From positions 1,377 to 65,376 of IMG/VR virus record IMGVR_UViG_3300013307_000020: a stretch of DNA of 64,000 nt. The stretch is one strand, 5' to 3'. Shown piece after piece: positions 37,933-48,131 of the stretch (position 1 is the first letter of the stretch; every line of letters starts with the position of its first letter). Source of the stretch: a virus. Lineage: Duplodnaviria; Caudoviricetes. The notes under the pieces were generated by a model. That model was not told the origin of the DNA and did not search any database. It saw only the letters and a program-made list of their open reading frames with translations. A program made the position numbers and the translations under genes.

Positions 37933-39332
37933 TGATCAATCTCTCCATCGAGATCGCTATCGGTCTTCGTGCCGGAAAGCGACGGCGTTGACTTCGTACC
38001 CAAAAGCTTCGCGACGATTTGCGTGCCGACCATGCGCGGCTTTTGAATGATCGAAAAACCCCCGCTGATGTGCATGACCGCGCGGCCGACAACTCGAATG
38101 AACGATGTTGCCGCGAGTGCAATGGTGCCGCCTGGCGACGCGGTGCCGGTGGCTCGAATGCTCGATAGCCCGGAGAGCGCGACGCCAAACAATGGCAATG
38201 CCTTCGCGGTGACCCGAAGGCTCGCTTTTGCCGCGAGCGCGATGGATCCAACGAGCGCGGCGCTGCCATGAACGGCGATGCTCGACGCGCCTTTGAGTGC
38301 AACTGTCAGGGAAGGCGCGGCCCTGCCACTCGATTTGATCGACGCCGTGGCTTTGAGCGGGGTCGCAAGAGAGGGCGATGCCTTCGCGCTCGATTTGATT
38401 GATGCGGTCGCCTTGATTGCGGTCGTCGGCGAAGCGGTCGATGCGCCAGCGACTTTGATCGCCGATTTCGCGGAGATCGCGGTCGCTGCCGAAGACCGCG
38501 CCTTTCCCAAAGATTTGATCGACGCCGATGCCACGATTGCGGCGCTGGCGGAAGCGGCGGCTCTACCCGCCGATTTGATGCTCGATGTCGAACTCAACGC
38601 GACGGTTGAGGAAGATGCGGCCAGCGATGTGAAAATCGCCGATTGTCTTGCGCTGGCAAAAATGCCCCACGGATCTTGCGCCCACGCGATCAGTTCACGA
38701 GGCGAGACGTATCCGAAACTGATGAGACCGAAAGTAACCTCGCCATTGAAAATGCGGGTCGCCTTCGAAATTTCCCACGTTGCGGTGCCCGCGGACGCCG
38801 TTTGATTGCCGACGCCAATGACGATGTTGAAAGCGCCGCTGCCATCCAGTCTGCGAGTGACAATCGCGCTCGTCGAGCTCGCGCCGATCTGAGCATGCGA
38901 CGCGCCGATGAAATACATTCCGGCGGCGACAACCGCCAGCGTTCCGGTGGTGACCGTACCGTTACCGGCTCGCATGAGCGGGAAGTTGGTGGCGCTTGTT
39001 CCAAGCTCGATGCCCGCGCCCGTCGCCGTGTTTGTCGAGAGAATGCCCTGCGCCGATCCGACAGCGTTGACTTTGACCAACGCCGCCATCGTGTAGTTCG
39101 TCGGCAGGGCAGTCGATCGGTTCGTGAACGAAGAACCGGAACTAATATAGTTGGCGGAGTGCCCCAAATATCCCGGGCTCGTCGCGCCAGGCGCGCTTGC
39201 GATCTCCCTGCGGAGAAGATCGATCATGCGAGGCGCGCCGTTGTTGACCGCGAGAAGTTGGAGTCCGCGCGTTGCCGGATGCTGCCAATTGATCGCGCTC
39301 GGCGCTGCGTTTGGGCCGCGAATAAGGGGCAT
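37929..39332 (-). CDS. LamG-like domain plus Ser/Ala-rich ~19-aa repeat stalk
   Basis: INWQHPATRGL..DPWGIF, then repeated ASIKS.G.A. Confidence 0.6.
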   Translation of the reverse strand: MPLIRGPNAAPSAINWQHPATRGLQLLAVNNGAPRMIDLLRREIASAPGATSPGYLGHSANYISSGSSFTNRSTALPTNYTMAALVKVNAVGSAQGILSTNTATGAGIELGTSATNFPLMRAGNGTVTTGTLAVVAAGMYFIGASHAQIGASSTSAIVTRRLDGSGAFNIVIGVGNQTASAGTATWEISKATRIFNGEVTFGLISFGYVSPRELIAWAQDPWGIFASARQSAIFTSLAASSSTVALSSTSSIKSAGRAAASASAAIVASASIKSLGKARSSAATAISAKSAIKVAGASTASPTTAIKATASIKSSAKASPSLATPLKATASIKSSGRAAPSLTVALKGASSIAVHGSAALVGSIALAAKASLRVTAKALPLFGVALSGLSSIRATGTASPGGTIALAATSFIRVVGRAVMHISGGFSIIQKPRMVGTQIVAKLLGTKSTPSLSGTKTDSDLDGEIDQ

Positions 39333-39341
39333 TCGCTGCCC

Positions 39342-39833
39342 TCACACGTTCGAGAATTGAATGCCGGAATATTCTGCGGAGAACGATGTGAACGCCGCAC
39401 CGCTCTGATTTTCGACGATAAGCCCCCATTTTTTCGGAAGCACGAGCCCGCCAAAAAAAGCGATGAGCGATGGGATGACAATTTTCGCTGTGACAGTCGA
39501 TTGAACCGTCGCCTGCGTGAAAGGCCCGATGAATGTCGGCGGGGCGCCGAGCGTGATCGCTGCATCCGAACCGGCATAAGCGTCGGTGGTCGCCGAGTTG
39601 CCGGTGTAGTTCGTCCCGTCTTCGGAGCTGGAGAGCCAAATGTTCACATACTTTGGGTTCGCCACCGTGCCGATGCCAATGGCGATGTACACCATCGCGT
39701 CGATATAGAGATTCGTTTGATTGTCGACGGCCGCGCAGCCGGCGGCGGATGCGTTCGCGAGAGTGCCCGCGCTCGTCCATGTGAGCGCCGTGCCAGCGCC
39801 GGTCGCCGAATAAAGTGCTTTGACCGTCGTCAT
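39342..39833 (-). CDS. virion accessory protein (paralog of 23742-24260)
   Basis: VDN, PKKWGLIVENQSGAA. Confidence 0.6.
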   Translation of the reverse strand: MTTVKALYSATGAGTALTWTSAGTLANASAAGCAAVDNQTNLYIDAMVYIAIGIGTVANPKYVNIWLSSSEDGTNYTGNSATTDAYAGSDAAITLGAPPTFIGPFTQATVQSTVTAKIVIPSLIAFFGGLVLPKKWGLIVENQSGAAFTSFSAEYSGIQFSNV

Positions 39834-40189
39834 GCAACACCGCCAGCGGTCCAGCCATTAGTCGTGTCCATGAAGCTGCCGTATCGCACCCACGGATTCG
39901 CCGCGTTGATCTGAGCCTGAAAGGCCGTCCACGCGGTTTGCAACAAAGCCTCGACTGTGGCGAGCGTGTCGCCCTGATTGACGATGATGTGCCCGTCCTG
40001 CTCGACGACAGAACCGTTTTGGATTGCCGTGATATCGGCGGCGGCGGCATTCTTCCAAAGCGACGTGGCGGCCGCGTTCGCATAGAACGGCTGGCGCGCA
40101 AGAGGCACATCCGCCCACATGATGTAATGAAACTTCAGCGGCGCCGAGGCTTCCTGCTCCAGAATGATGACGCGCTTTGTGATCGCCAT
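39830..40189 (-). CDS. hypothetical virion protein
   Basis: Coupled ORF in structural block. Confidence 0.55.
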   Translation of the reverse strand: MAITKRVIILEQEASAPLKFHYIMWADVPLARQPFYANAAATSLWKNAAAADITAIQNGSVVEQDGHIIVNQGDTLATVEALLQTAWTAFQAQINAANPWVRYGSFMDTTNGWTAGGVA

Positions 40190-40190
40190 T

Positions 40191-41078
40191 TTACGCCGCC
40201 TGGAGAGTCAGTTGGCTCGCCGCGAAGCTCGCGACAACGTTGGTCGCGATATTCTGAACAGTGATCTTGCGCACCATGCCGGAGCCAGTCGACGAAGTGT
40301 TGACCGCCGTTCCCGCATTCGTGAGCGAGAAGGAATCGGTCGCCGGCGACGTGACCAAGAGCGTTCCGACTGTGTTCGTGAAGTTCGATTGCGAGAAGCT
40401 CGGCGCCGTGCCCCCAAATTCGGTCGAGAAGACGATCGGATCGCTTGCGCTGTAGCCGTGCGCCTTGACGGTGAGAATGCCGGGCGACGCGCTCGAAACA
40501 GTCGCAGGAAGCCAGCCGAAATTGCCGAGCCAATCGTAAGCGAGAAGATTGCCAACCGTCGCGGCGTCATAGAGACCCCAAGCGAGCGCGTTGCCCCACC
40601 CAGCCGTCGGCGTGACGAAGGTGACGATGCCGTTGTTCGTGATCGATGACGGCGTTGATCCTGTCGCGGCGCTGAACGCGCTGAACGCGATGTTGTCGCC
40701 GTTGCCGACGCCCGCGCCGGCCGCGTTCGCGGACATGACGACGGTGGTGCCGGTCGTGCTGAGAACGGTCGTGCCGCCAGGAATGACGCTGCCGCTGGTC
40801 AGATCGTAGACCGACATTCCTGCGACGATCCATGAAGGCGTCGACGCGAAATGCAGCGTGGCGTTTCCAGCCGCGGTCGTGCCGTTTGTCGTCGCCTGAC
40901 CGGCGACTTGCTGGCGCGCATAGCTGCCGCCACTGACTTCGGTGCCGCCGGTGCCCGCATCCGATGTGGGGATCGCGGTGAACAACGCCATCCACACGGA
41001 CGGCAACGCGGGCTCGGACACTTGCCCGGTGAGATAGTTCAGCAAATTTTTCGACGTGTAGTCGGACAAGCCGGACAT
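40191..41078 (-). CDS. head/neck fibre-like structural protein
   Basis: LSDY..LLN, ALFTA.P, EVSGGSYARQ, LYDAATVGNLL. Confidence 0.65.
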   Translation of the reverse strand: MSGLSDYTSKNLLNYLTGQVSEPALPSVWMALFTAIPTSDAGTGGTEVSGGSYARQQVAGQATTNGTTAAGNATLHFASTPSWIVAGMSVYDLTSGSVIPGGTTVLSTTGTTVVMSANAAGAGVGNGDNIAFSAFSAATGSTPSSITNNGIVTFVTPTAGWGNALAWGLYDAATVGNLLAYDWLGNFGWLPATVSSASPGILTVKAHGYSASDPIVFSTEFGGTAPSFSQSNFTNTVGTLLVTSPATDSFSLTNAGTAVNTSSTGSGMVRKITVQNIATNVVASFAASQLTLQAA

Positions 41079-41107
41079 GAATCAACCTTTCCGAAAAGCG
41101 CGCGGGA

Positions 41108-41464
41108 TCAAAAGAAGGGACGCGTGACGAGATTGATCGTGCGGTCGGCTGTCTGATTGACGGCCGCGCCCGACGTGCCGGAGCGAACTTTCAGCGTGGT
41201 GACGCCACGCCAAACCGAAGGGTCGAAAGAGATGAATTGATTTGCCGCGACCGTGTAGCTGATCACGGCGCTGGTGCTTTGCATTTCCTGAAACGTGGTG
41301 CCGCCATCATATGAGACCTGAAAGGTCATGGCGGCGGCGTCCCACCCGGCCGACATTGCGATGCCGCAAAGAACGTTCGGCCCGATTGCGACGGCAGGCG
41401 ATAGAGACGTGCCATTCGCAATCGTGACCGGAACGATAACCGGCATTGCCGTGATGACGCTCAT
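41108..41464 (-). CDS. small structural protein
   Basis: TIANGTSLS, W.AA.MTFQ.S.DG, LKVRSG. Confidence 0.6.
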   Translation of the reverse strand: MSVITAMPVIVPVTIANGTSLSPAVAIGPNVLCGIAMSAGWDAAAMTFQVSYDGGTTFQEMQSTSAVISYTVAANQFISFDPSVWRGVTTLKVRSGTSGAAVNQTADRTINLVTRPFF

Positions 41465-41497
41465 GGATCGACTCCTTGCGCGCCACAAAGACGATTT

Positions 41498-41827
41498 TTA
41501 ATCGTCCGAAGGCGCTGGTTCCATTTCGTCGACGGGGTGGAATTCGAAGCCGTCGAATGATGCTTCGCTGCGCCCACCATCGCCATGATGATGCCGCGTC
41601 GCCTTCACCGTCTTGACGTGCCCGTTGTGCAAAACGCGCTCGTGGACGTGCGGGCCGACATAACCATCGGTGCCTGCGGGCGCTGGCGGCGGCGGATCGC
41701 TCGGCGGAGGGGCTTGTTCCCCATCGACGGGCGGCGCTGGGTCCGCCAGCGGCTCAACTTGCGTTTCCGCGACGGGCTGATTTTGATTGTCGTCCGCCTG
41801 CGCGGCGGGCCGGCCTTGCTCTGACAT
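41498..41827 (-). CDS. Pro-rich hypothetical protein
   Basis: GGAG RBS. Confidence 0.45.
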   Translation of the reverse strand: MSEQGRPAAQADDNQNQPVAETQVEPLADPAPPVDGEQAPPPSDPPPPAPAGTDGYVGPHVHERVLHNGHVKTVKATRHHHGDGGRSEASFDGFEFHPVDEMEPAPSDD

Positions 41828-41908
41828 GCTGCTGATCTCCGTTTGAGAGTTTGATCGCCGCACGATGCGACGATCAAACTCTCTCTTACGAGAAAATCAG
41901 CGATTCGA

Positions 41909-42649
41909 CTACGTGCGATTGCAGCGCGCGGCGATGAAATCGACCGTCAGAGTGCCGACGCCGGTGCCGCTGGCTTTGTAGGCCGACACGTAGGGCTGCA
42001 TGATCGCGTTTGCGCCCGTCGCAGCGAAGGTGATCGGGCTGGTCGTCGCCAGATTCTGACCATCGACATAGAAGATCACATTCGTCGGATCGCTCATGTC
42101 AACTTGATAGTTGTGCCACTCGGTGTTGAGCACCGTCACGGAACTGGCGATCGCGTTGGTCGTCACGCCGTCCTTCGTGCGGATGATGACGTTGCCGTTG
42201 CCGAGGAAGCCGAAGCCGCAATAGAACGACGCGTTGTCGGGGCCGTCGATCCACGCCGATTGGAGGCCCAAGACCATTTGCACCTGGGCGGCGCTCGGCA
42301 GCACCGAAAGCTTGGCGCGACATTCGAAGAGGGCGCCTGCCGATCCATCGAAGGCGAGACTGTCACCCTGATAGAGCGCGGCATCCTGTTTTTCGGACGT
42401 CGCCGTGAGCGCGGCCGCGAACTGACCGTCGGCGGCATTCGCGACCGAGGCGACCGTTGGCGGCGCTACGCCCACGATCTTCTTGATCCAAGCGGACCCG
42501 ACAGTTGCCGTTGTCGGGAACGCGGCGCTCGAGCCCGCGCCCAGAAAATCATCTTCGAAGTTGACGGGGTGCGCGTCCAGCGTGGTTTCGCCGGTCACGT
42601 TGTCGAACCAGGTGGCGACGCCACCGCGATATCTGCCTTTCGTGCTCAT
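41909..42649 (-). CDS. ConA-like putative capsid-associated protein
   Basis: FEDDFLG, WHNY..FYVDG; AGGAG RBS. Confidence 0.6.
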   Translation of the reverse strand: MSTKGRYRGGVATWFDNVTGETTLDAHPVNFEDDFLGAGSSAAFPTTATVGSAWIKKIVGVAPPTVASVANAADGQFAAALTATSEKQDAALYQGDSLAFDGSAGALFECRAKLSVLPSAAQVQMVLGLQSAWIDGPDNASFYCGFGFLGNGNVIIRTKDGVTTNAIASSVTVLNTEWHNYQVDMSDPTNVIFYVDGQNLATTSPITFAATGANAIMQPYVSAYKASGTGVGTLTVDFIAARCNRT

Positions 42650-42709
42650 TGAATTCTCCTAACCGACGATCATTTCGAGATCGCCGCCAGTTGGCGATTA
42701 AGAGGGGAA

Positions 42710-42733
42710 GAAGGGCGGCGCGAGCCGCCCTTC
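42710..42733 (-). terminator. GC-rich hairpin after head genes
   Basis: GAAGGGCGGC-GCGA-GCCGCCCTTC. Confidence 0.5.
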
Positions 42734-42742
42734 CTATTCGGA

Positions 42743-43234
42743 CTACGAGAACAGCGACGGAGGCGATGCGCCGGCGTAAGCGGTGCCGACGTAGACGCGC
42801 GCGCTGGTGATGTTTGCCGCGTTGGACGCGCCCGTTTGCGCGCCGACGTAGCAGAAGCCATTCACGATATCGAGAATGGTTTCGGGGAGCAGCTCGAACA
42901 CCACGAGCTTATCCTTCGTGGTGGCATCGGTCGTGAAGCTCGCCGCGGCCGTCTGTGACACAAACGCGTCGGACGTGGACGTGTCGTTGCACAGCCAGAT
43001 CGGGCAAGCCGCAATCGCTTTCGACGACGTACCCGCCGTGTCCTTGGCTTGCAAGGGCGTGAGCGCGACGGTTGCCGCGTTGCCTTGATTCACCTCGAAG
43101 ACGAGCCACGCCTTGATCGCGTTGCGCAGCGAAGCATATTTTGAGCCAGTGCGACCCGCCGCATCCGCCGCATTCGCGAGGAGCGTGGTGAACGGCAACG
43201 ACGCCACCATCTGGCTTTGACGTGAAACGAGCAT
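42743..43234 (-). CDS. putative head decoration protein
   Basis: Directly after capsid gene; GGAGG RBS. Confidence 0.6.
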   Translation of the reverse strand: MLVSRQSQMVASLPFTTLLANAADAAGRTGSKYASLRNAIKAWLVFEVNQGNAATVALTPLQAKDTAGTSSKAIAACPIWLCNDTSTSDAFVSQTAAASFTTDATTKDKLVVFELLPETILDIVNGFCYVGAQTGASNAANITSARVYVGTAYAGASPPSLFS

Positions 43235-43298
43235 TGAGACCTCCGTTGTGGGTGAGACCTTCGTCTCACCCGATTACGATGATGGACCTCCCGTCGAA

Positions 43299-44699
43299 CT
43301 AGCGCGCAGCCAGCGTGACGAATGGCGTCTTGGTGAGCGTACCCTTGAACGGCGTGAGCGCCTTGTTCCAGATCGGGCGACCGTCCACACGATAGGTAAT
43401 GCGGAAAGTCATCTGATCGGTGAGGAACGCGACGTGCATGGAAGTCGCCGCCTGCACGCCACCCTTGTCAGCCAAGAGATACTGGCTGAGATCGACGAGC
43501 GAGATATCGCCGACGCTGCCAAGCGCCGATGAATATTCGGTCGCGATCACCGGGCGGCCGAGCAGCGTTGCATTTGGCGCGTTCTGATATCCGCCTGGCG
43601 GCAGATAGACGGGCATGCCGCCGACACCGACGGTCTGACCGAGCGCGTTCAACTGCGGCTCGATATCCTGATTGATCAGCCACACGGCATTGCGACGTGA
43701 GCGCGACCACATGCGGGAATACATCTTGTTGATGTTCTCCAGCACGACGGTTGCCGCCGCCTGTCCCACTTCCTTCGGCACCGAGACCGTTGCCGGGGCA
43801 TTGAGAATGCCGAGCGGTTGACCGGCGCCGCTGCCTTCGAAAACAGCGTCCTCGGTCATGAACGTGATTTCCTCGGCGAACGCCTGCGATGCGATGGCGG
43901 TGAGCGCCGTCTGATCGGCAAGCAACTCGTCCGTGGTGTACATCGTCGACATGAGCTTTTTGAGGCTCAGTTCGATGACGCGGAATTTGGGCTTCGTCGC
44001 GGTGACGCCCGTTCCTTCATCCACCCAGTAGGATTGCACGCCGCCCCAACGAGACCCGGTTGCACGACTCGTTTCGTCTACGGCCGGGATCTTGATGCCG
44101 CTGGAGTTGGCGCTGATCGGCAGGCGCGTCACGCGCGAAAGAATTTCGCCCATGTCATGTGCGAGCGAGAAGACCGCTTGCGCGATATCCGTTTGCACAA
44201 GGAAGCCGCCCGACGTGGGATCGACTTCGCCGGCGCCGAGCGGCGCGCGCACGAGGCGGGCGTCGGGTTGGCGGCTGCGATCAGGATTGGATGCCGCCGC
44301 GATGGCCTGCAATTGTTCGCCAAAGCTGCGGAAATGCGCTTGCGCGTCGAAGGTGATCCCGAGCTCGCTGCGTGCGGCGCGAACGAGAGAGTCAAAATCG
44401 TTGCGCGGAACGACGCCACCCGGCGACATGCGCGTGAAGATAGGCGCATATTCGCGAATGACTTCGACCGAACGGGCTGGGACAAGTGCGGGATCATGTC
44501 CGTTGCCAGGATTCGCGGGGTCGACCGGCGTCGCGCTGGCGCGCCCGATTTTTTCCGCTTCCACGAGGCGCGCGATCTTCGCATCGAGCTCCTCGATCTC
44601 GCGCTTTTTCGCATCGTAAGCTTCGCCGCCTTCTGCCGCGAGCTTCGTCAGTTCGTCAGCCGCCTTGCCACGCGCGAGGCGGAGTTGGGCCAAGTTCAT
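43299..44699 (-). CDS. major capsid protein, HK97 fold
   Basis: N-terminal coiled-coil delta domain, GGFLV, G.G.GQPLGIL, LLGRPV, RVDGRP. Confidence 0.92.
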   Translation of the reverse strand: MNLAQLRLARGKAADELTKLAAEGGEAYDAKKREIEELDAKIARLVEAEKIGRASATPVDPANPGNGHDPALVPARSVEVIREYAPIFTRMSPGGVVPRNDFDSLVRAARSELGITFDAQAHFRSFGEQLQAIAAASNPDRSRQPDARLVRAPLGAGEVDPTSGGFLVQTDIAQAVFSLAHDMGEILSRVTRLPISANSSGIKIPAVDETSRATGSRWGGVQSYWVDEGTGVTATKPKFRVIELSLKKLMSTMYTTDELLADQTALTAIASQAFAEEITFMTEDAVFEGSGAGQPLGILNAPATVSVPKEVGQAAATVVLENINKMYSRMWSRSRRNAVWLINQDIEPQLNALGQTVGVGGMPVYLPPGGYQNAPNATLLGRPVIATEYSSALGSVGDISLVDLSQYLLADKGGVQAATSMHVAFLTDQMTFRITYRVDGRPIWNKALTPFKGTLTKTPFVTLAAR

Positions 44700-44771
44700 A
44701 GACTTTCTCCTGTGGTTGAAACTGGCGCCTCGCGGAGCCTGATACCCTCGAATTCAATCGAGCGGTTCGTG

Positions 44772-46253
44772 TTAGGCGGCGTGATCGATATGCGGTTCGC
44801 TGCCCTTGATGCTGATAGCTTCGGCTTCGCGCAAACGTGCCGCGCGCGTCGCTTCATCCGTCTCGACGACGGGCTCGACCGGATCCTGCGCGTCGACTTG
44901 CGAAAGCACGCTGCCGATGAGATCGAACGCCTGACGAAGCGATGCCTCGTTGGCGGACGAGAGAACGCGACCGCTGCGCAACAGCCGCATCGCGATCCAG
45001 TTTTTGAAGCTCTCCGCTTCCGCCGAAAGCATCGAGGTCAGATCACGGGATGCGGGCTCGGGACTATTCAATTCGCGGAGCGTGACGCCCTTCTCCAGAA
45101 CAATTGCGCTTTCGCCACTATCCAGGAAATTCTTGAATGTGCTGCAAATGCGCTGGCTCTGTTCCTGTGTCAAATGACGATCAACGCTCAAAACGAACTT
45201 GCGTGACTTATGCGCCTTCGCGGCTCTGATCATCGGCACAAGTTGCAAGATCGCGCGGATGCGCGGCGATTCAAATGCCGCTTCGACAACCGCCACATCG
45301 TAGGACGTCGCGTCTTCCTCGCCCTCTTCGGCGAGAAGCTCGTTCACTTCCTCGACGGTCATGTCGACAAGAATGACGCCAAGCTGATTGAGCACGTCCT
45401 TCAAGCGCGCCGGAATTTCGCTGCCGTCGCCTTCGATCTCGGCTTCGTACTCGGTCCATTGCTGGATCCAATCGAGATCGAGAACCGTGCAGGCGAGATT
45501 CGCGACTTCGTACAGACCCCGCGCATATTTGCGCTTTGTCTTTTCGCCTGCTGGCGGCGTGACGATGCTGATCCGCTCTTTCACGCCAGCGGCTTTGCGC
45601 AGCGATTCCAGTTCGGCGCGCGGGATGACGATGGTCGTCCCGCCATCCAACACCTTTTCCGCCCATGCGCGCATCGGCGAAGTCTCGATGCCCGCCGCGC
45701 GCGCCTTTGCAAGCGCGGTCGCCAGCGCCGGCACCGGCACCTGGCTCACTTCGAGAAGCTCCTGACGGAGAAAATCGATGCCGCCGATGCGATCCTTGCC
45801 TTGCGCGAATTTCCATTCGAGCGGCTTCCACGAGATTGAGACGGCGTTGAGGAAGCGCGATTTCACCATGCGGAAAATCATGTCCGCAAATTCCGAAAGA
45901 TCGCGCTCCATGTATTCGACGACGCCGACGAGCTGGGCGTTCTGAACATTCACGCTTTGCAGACGGCCAATCGGCGGCTCGGACGAGTCGTGAGCCCACA
46001 GAAAGACCGGGTTCGAACGAAACGGCTCAAGCTCGAAGCCGCCAGTCGCGACCGTGTGATTGTCGCGCGCGACGCTCGAATCGGAAAGCACATAAGGGAT
46101 CGTGCGACCGTCCGCGTTGGCGAGATCGGCCGTCGCGGCGGAATCGCGCGCCACGATCAATTCGAATTCGCCATCGATGACAGGTGCGCCACCGCTCAAT
46201 TTGCGTGCGGCCTCGAGCCACTCAGCAATCGGGACAAGCTTGCGCTTCATCAT
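44772..46253 (-). CDS. prohead protease, HK97 type, with long C-terminal extension
   Basis: NPVFLWAHD, PIG, AVSI, LLEVS.VPVPA, GRVLS.ANE. Confidence 0.88.
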   Translation of the reverse strand: MMKRKLVPIAEWLEAARKLSGGAPVIDGEFELIVARDSAATADLANADGRTIPYVLSDSSVARDNHTVATGGFELEPFRSNPVFLWAHDSSEPPIGRLQSVNVQNAQLVGVVEYMERDLSEFADMIFRMVKSRFLNAVSISWKPLEWKFAQGKDRIGGIDFLRQELLEVSQVPVPALATALAKARAAGIETSPMRAWAEKVLDGGTTIVIPRAELESLRKAAGVKERISIVTPPAGEKTKRKYARGLYEVANLACTVLDLDWIQQWTEYEAEIEGDGSEIPARLKDVLNQLGVILVDMTVEEVNELLAEEGEEDATSYDVAVVEAAFESPRIRAILQLVPMIRAAKAHKSRKFVLSVDRHLTQEQSQRICSTFKNFLDSGESAIVLEKGVTLRELNSPEPASRDLTSMLSAEAESFKNWIAMRLLRSGRVLSSANEASLRQAFDLIGSVLSQVDAQDPVEPVVETDEATRAARLREAEAISIKGSEPHIDHAA

Positions 46254-46259
46254 CGCTCC

Positions 46260-47630
46260 TTACGCGTTGCCGCTTTCGGGGTTTTCCTGATTGTCGATGC
46301 CGACCTTGCCCTTGCCGGGCGCGTTGCCATCGTCCGGCTTGCCGGTCTGATCGCTGCCCGGCTTGCCGCCAGCAGCGTTCGGGTCGTTTGGATCGACCCC
46401 GACCATATCGGCATCCATCATGTTCGTTGGCGTCAGAAGCTCCTCGGCCTCTTCGAGAACTTCCTGACCTTCCTTGATGCGCACTTCGTTTCGCTTCTCC
46501 CATCCGGTGAGGATCGAGATGCGATGCGCGTTGTAGCGTGCGGTGAGATCGGCCTTCAGCAAGGCGGTTTCATCGAAGTCGACAAACAAGTCATCGCCAT
46601 CGAGATCGAATGTGAAGTCCAGACGCTTCTCCCACATTTCCGAATACGTGGTGAGCGTGTTGTTGCGATAGTCCTGCGCCTGTTGAACGATGTTCGAGAA
46701 GGTGCCGCGCGTGAGATCGCCGACCATGTGCGGCGGCACGCGAAACATGCGACAGATTTCCTGCAACTGAAATTGGCGAAGCTGTAGGAATTGCATGTCG
46801 ACCGCTGAAAGAGTCAGCGGCTCCCATTTCAATCCGGCTTCGAGAATCGCGGTCTTGCCAGCGTTGACCAGTCCGGCGTTGATCGTGTTCCAGTCATTGC
46901 GAATGCGCGCCGCCATATCCGGCGTCAACTTTTGCTGCGTGGTCAGCACGCCCGATGGACGCGCGCCATTTCCCATCAGCTTCGCGTACTGCTGCTCCTG
47001 AGCCAGAGCGACGGCGACGGCTTCGCGATTCATCGCGATGCGCGAGAGACCGAGCAATCCGTTTTGCGACAGTCCCTTGAGATGCAAAACATTCTCGTAA
47101 GGGATGAGCCACGGCTGATCTTTCAGAACCGCGATCTCGTGCAAGCCTGCGCGCGTCACTTGCCAGAACAACATGCCGTTCGGCGATTGCCAGAGTGCGA
47201 CGCGATCCGGGTTGATCGGCACGAGCATCGTCGGCTGCCCGCGATTGTCGCGCAGAATGACGGCATACCCGTTGCCGCGCAGCACGAAGCCCAAGACCAT
47301 CATTTGACAGAATTCGGGCCATGTCATCCACGGGTTCGGCTGGCGCAGAAGCGCCGCGATCGGGTGTTCCTTCGGCGTGAGTCTGACGCGTGATCCGTTC
47401 GCATAGCCGAGCTTCGGCACGCGACGATAAAGCCCCGGCGTCATCTTCGACGTGTCTTCGCAAAGAATCGACGCGCACGCCATGACGGTCGTGCATTGAA
47501 GCGCCGATGCCTGATTGATCGTGATGCCGGTCGCCGATGGCGATGACCAAAAGCCGCCGCCGAGGAACACACTGTCCCCGTTATCGTCGAAGGCGTCGCG
47601 CGCGAGAGCTCCGAAAAATCCGCGCTTCAT
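46260..47630 (-). CDS. portal protein, HK97 family
   Basis: PNPWMT, LRGNGY, GARPSGVL, EICRMFRVPPHMVG, NEVR. Confidence 0.93.
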   Translation of the reverse strand: MKRGFFGALARDAFDDNGDSVFLGGGFWSSPSATGITINQASALQCTTVMACASILCEDTSKMTPGLYRRVPKLGYANGSRVRLTPKEHPIAALLRQPNPWMTWPEFCQMMVLGFVLRGNGYAVILRDNRGQPTMLVPINPDRVALWQSPNGMLFWQVTRAGLHEIAVLKDQPWLIPYENVLHLKGLSQNGLLGLSRIAMNREAVAVALAQEQQYAKLMGNGARPSGVLTTQQKLTPDMAARIRNDWNTINAGLVNAGKTAILEAGLKWEPLTLSAVDMQFLQLRQFQLQEICRMFRVPPHMVGDLTRGTFSNIVQQAQDYRNNTLTTYSEMWEKRLDFTFDLDGDDLFVDFDETALLKADLTARYNAHRISILTGWEKRNEVRIKEGQEVLEEAEELLTPTNMMDADMVGVDPNDPNAAGGKPGSDQTGKPDDGNAPGKGKVGIDNQENPESGNA

Positions 47631-47800
47631 TTAGAGACCCTTGCGTGCCAGAAGACCGCGCCGGTCGCGATGACGCCGCCGACGATGAAGCCAGCAGGGT
47701 GATAGATCAGCCAGGCGCCGTAAGCGGTCGATGCCAGTCCGGCGAAGCCGAATGCATCGCGCACGAGCGATGGCGCGGACTCTCGCAACCACTTTCCCAT
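47627..47800 (-). CDS. small membrane protein upstream of portal (not in ORF track)
   Basis: MGKWLRES..YGAWLIYHPAGFIVGG; ATGA overlap with portal. Confidence 0.65.
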   Translation of the reverse strand: MGKWLRESAPSLVRDAFGFAGLASTAYGAWLIYHPAGFIVGGVIATGAVFWHARVSK

Positions 47801-47812
47801 CGGTCGCCTCGA

Positions 47813-48121
47813 TCAAAGATTGTCATGTGCGTCGGGCAGATCGACCATCGTCGCCGTGATGCCCGCCATCGAATGCGTGCAATCGGGCAGAAACATGATC
47901 TCGCCGGCCGTCACGAAATAGTGGCAACGGCGATCCTTGCCCCATGTGTGATTGAAGCTCGGCGTGAACGTCGGCGTCTCGACGTTGCCGTCGAACTGCC
48001 AGCCGTCGAAGGGGAGACGATGAAGCCGGTTGCAGGCCGCGCAAAAGTGCCAATGGCCCGCCCGGTTTTTTCCCAGCTTCGAACTGAGACGTTCGATCTC
48101 ATATTCCGCAAGCGATGACAT
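47813..48121 (-). CDS. DUF6527-like Cys/His metal-binding protein
   Basis: CAAC..H, W.FDG...PTFTPS, CHYFV..G.I.FL.DCTH. Confidence 0.7.
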   Translation of the reverse strand: MSSLAEYEIERLSSKLGKNRAGHWHFCAACNRLHRLPFDGWQFDGNVETPTFTPSFNHTWGKDRRCHYFVTAGEIMFLPDCTHSMAGITATMVDLPDAHDNL

Positions 48122-48131
48122 GGGTGACCCG

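Noticed and set aside
38280-38600. Recurring GATTTGATCGACGCC-like units at ~57-nt period, possible CRISPR
   Set aside because: Degenerate, in-frame coding repeats of the ASIKS stalk; no cas genes
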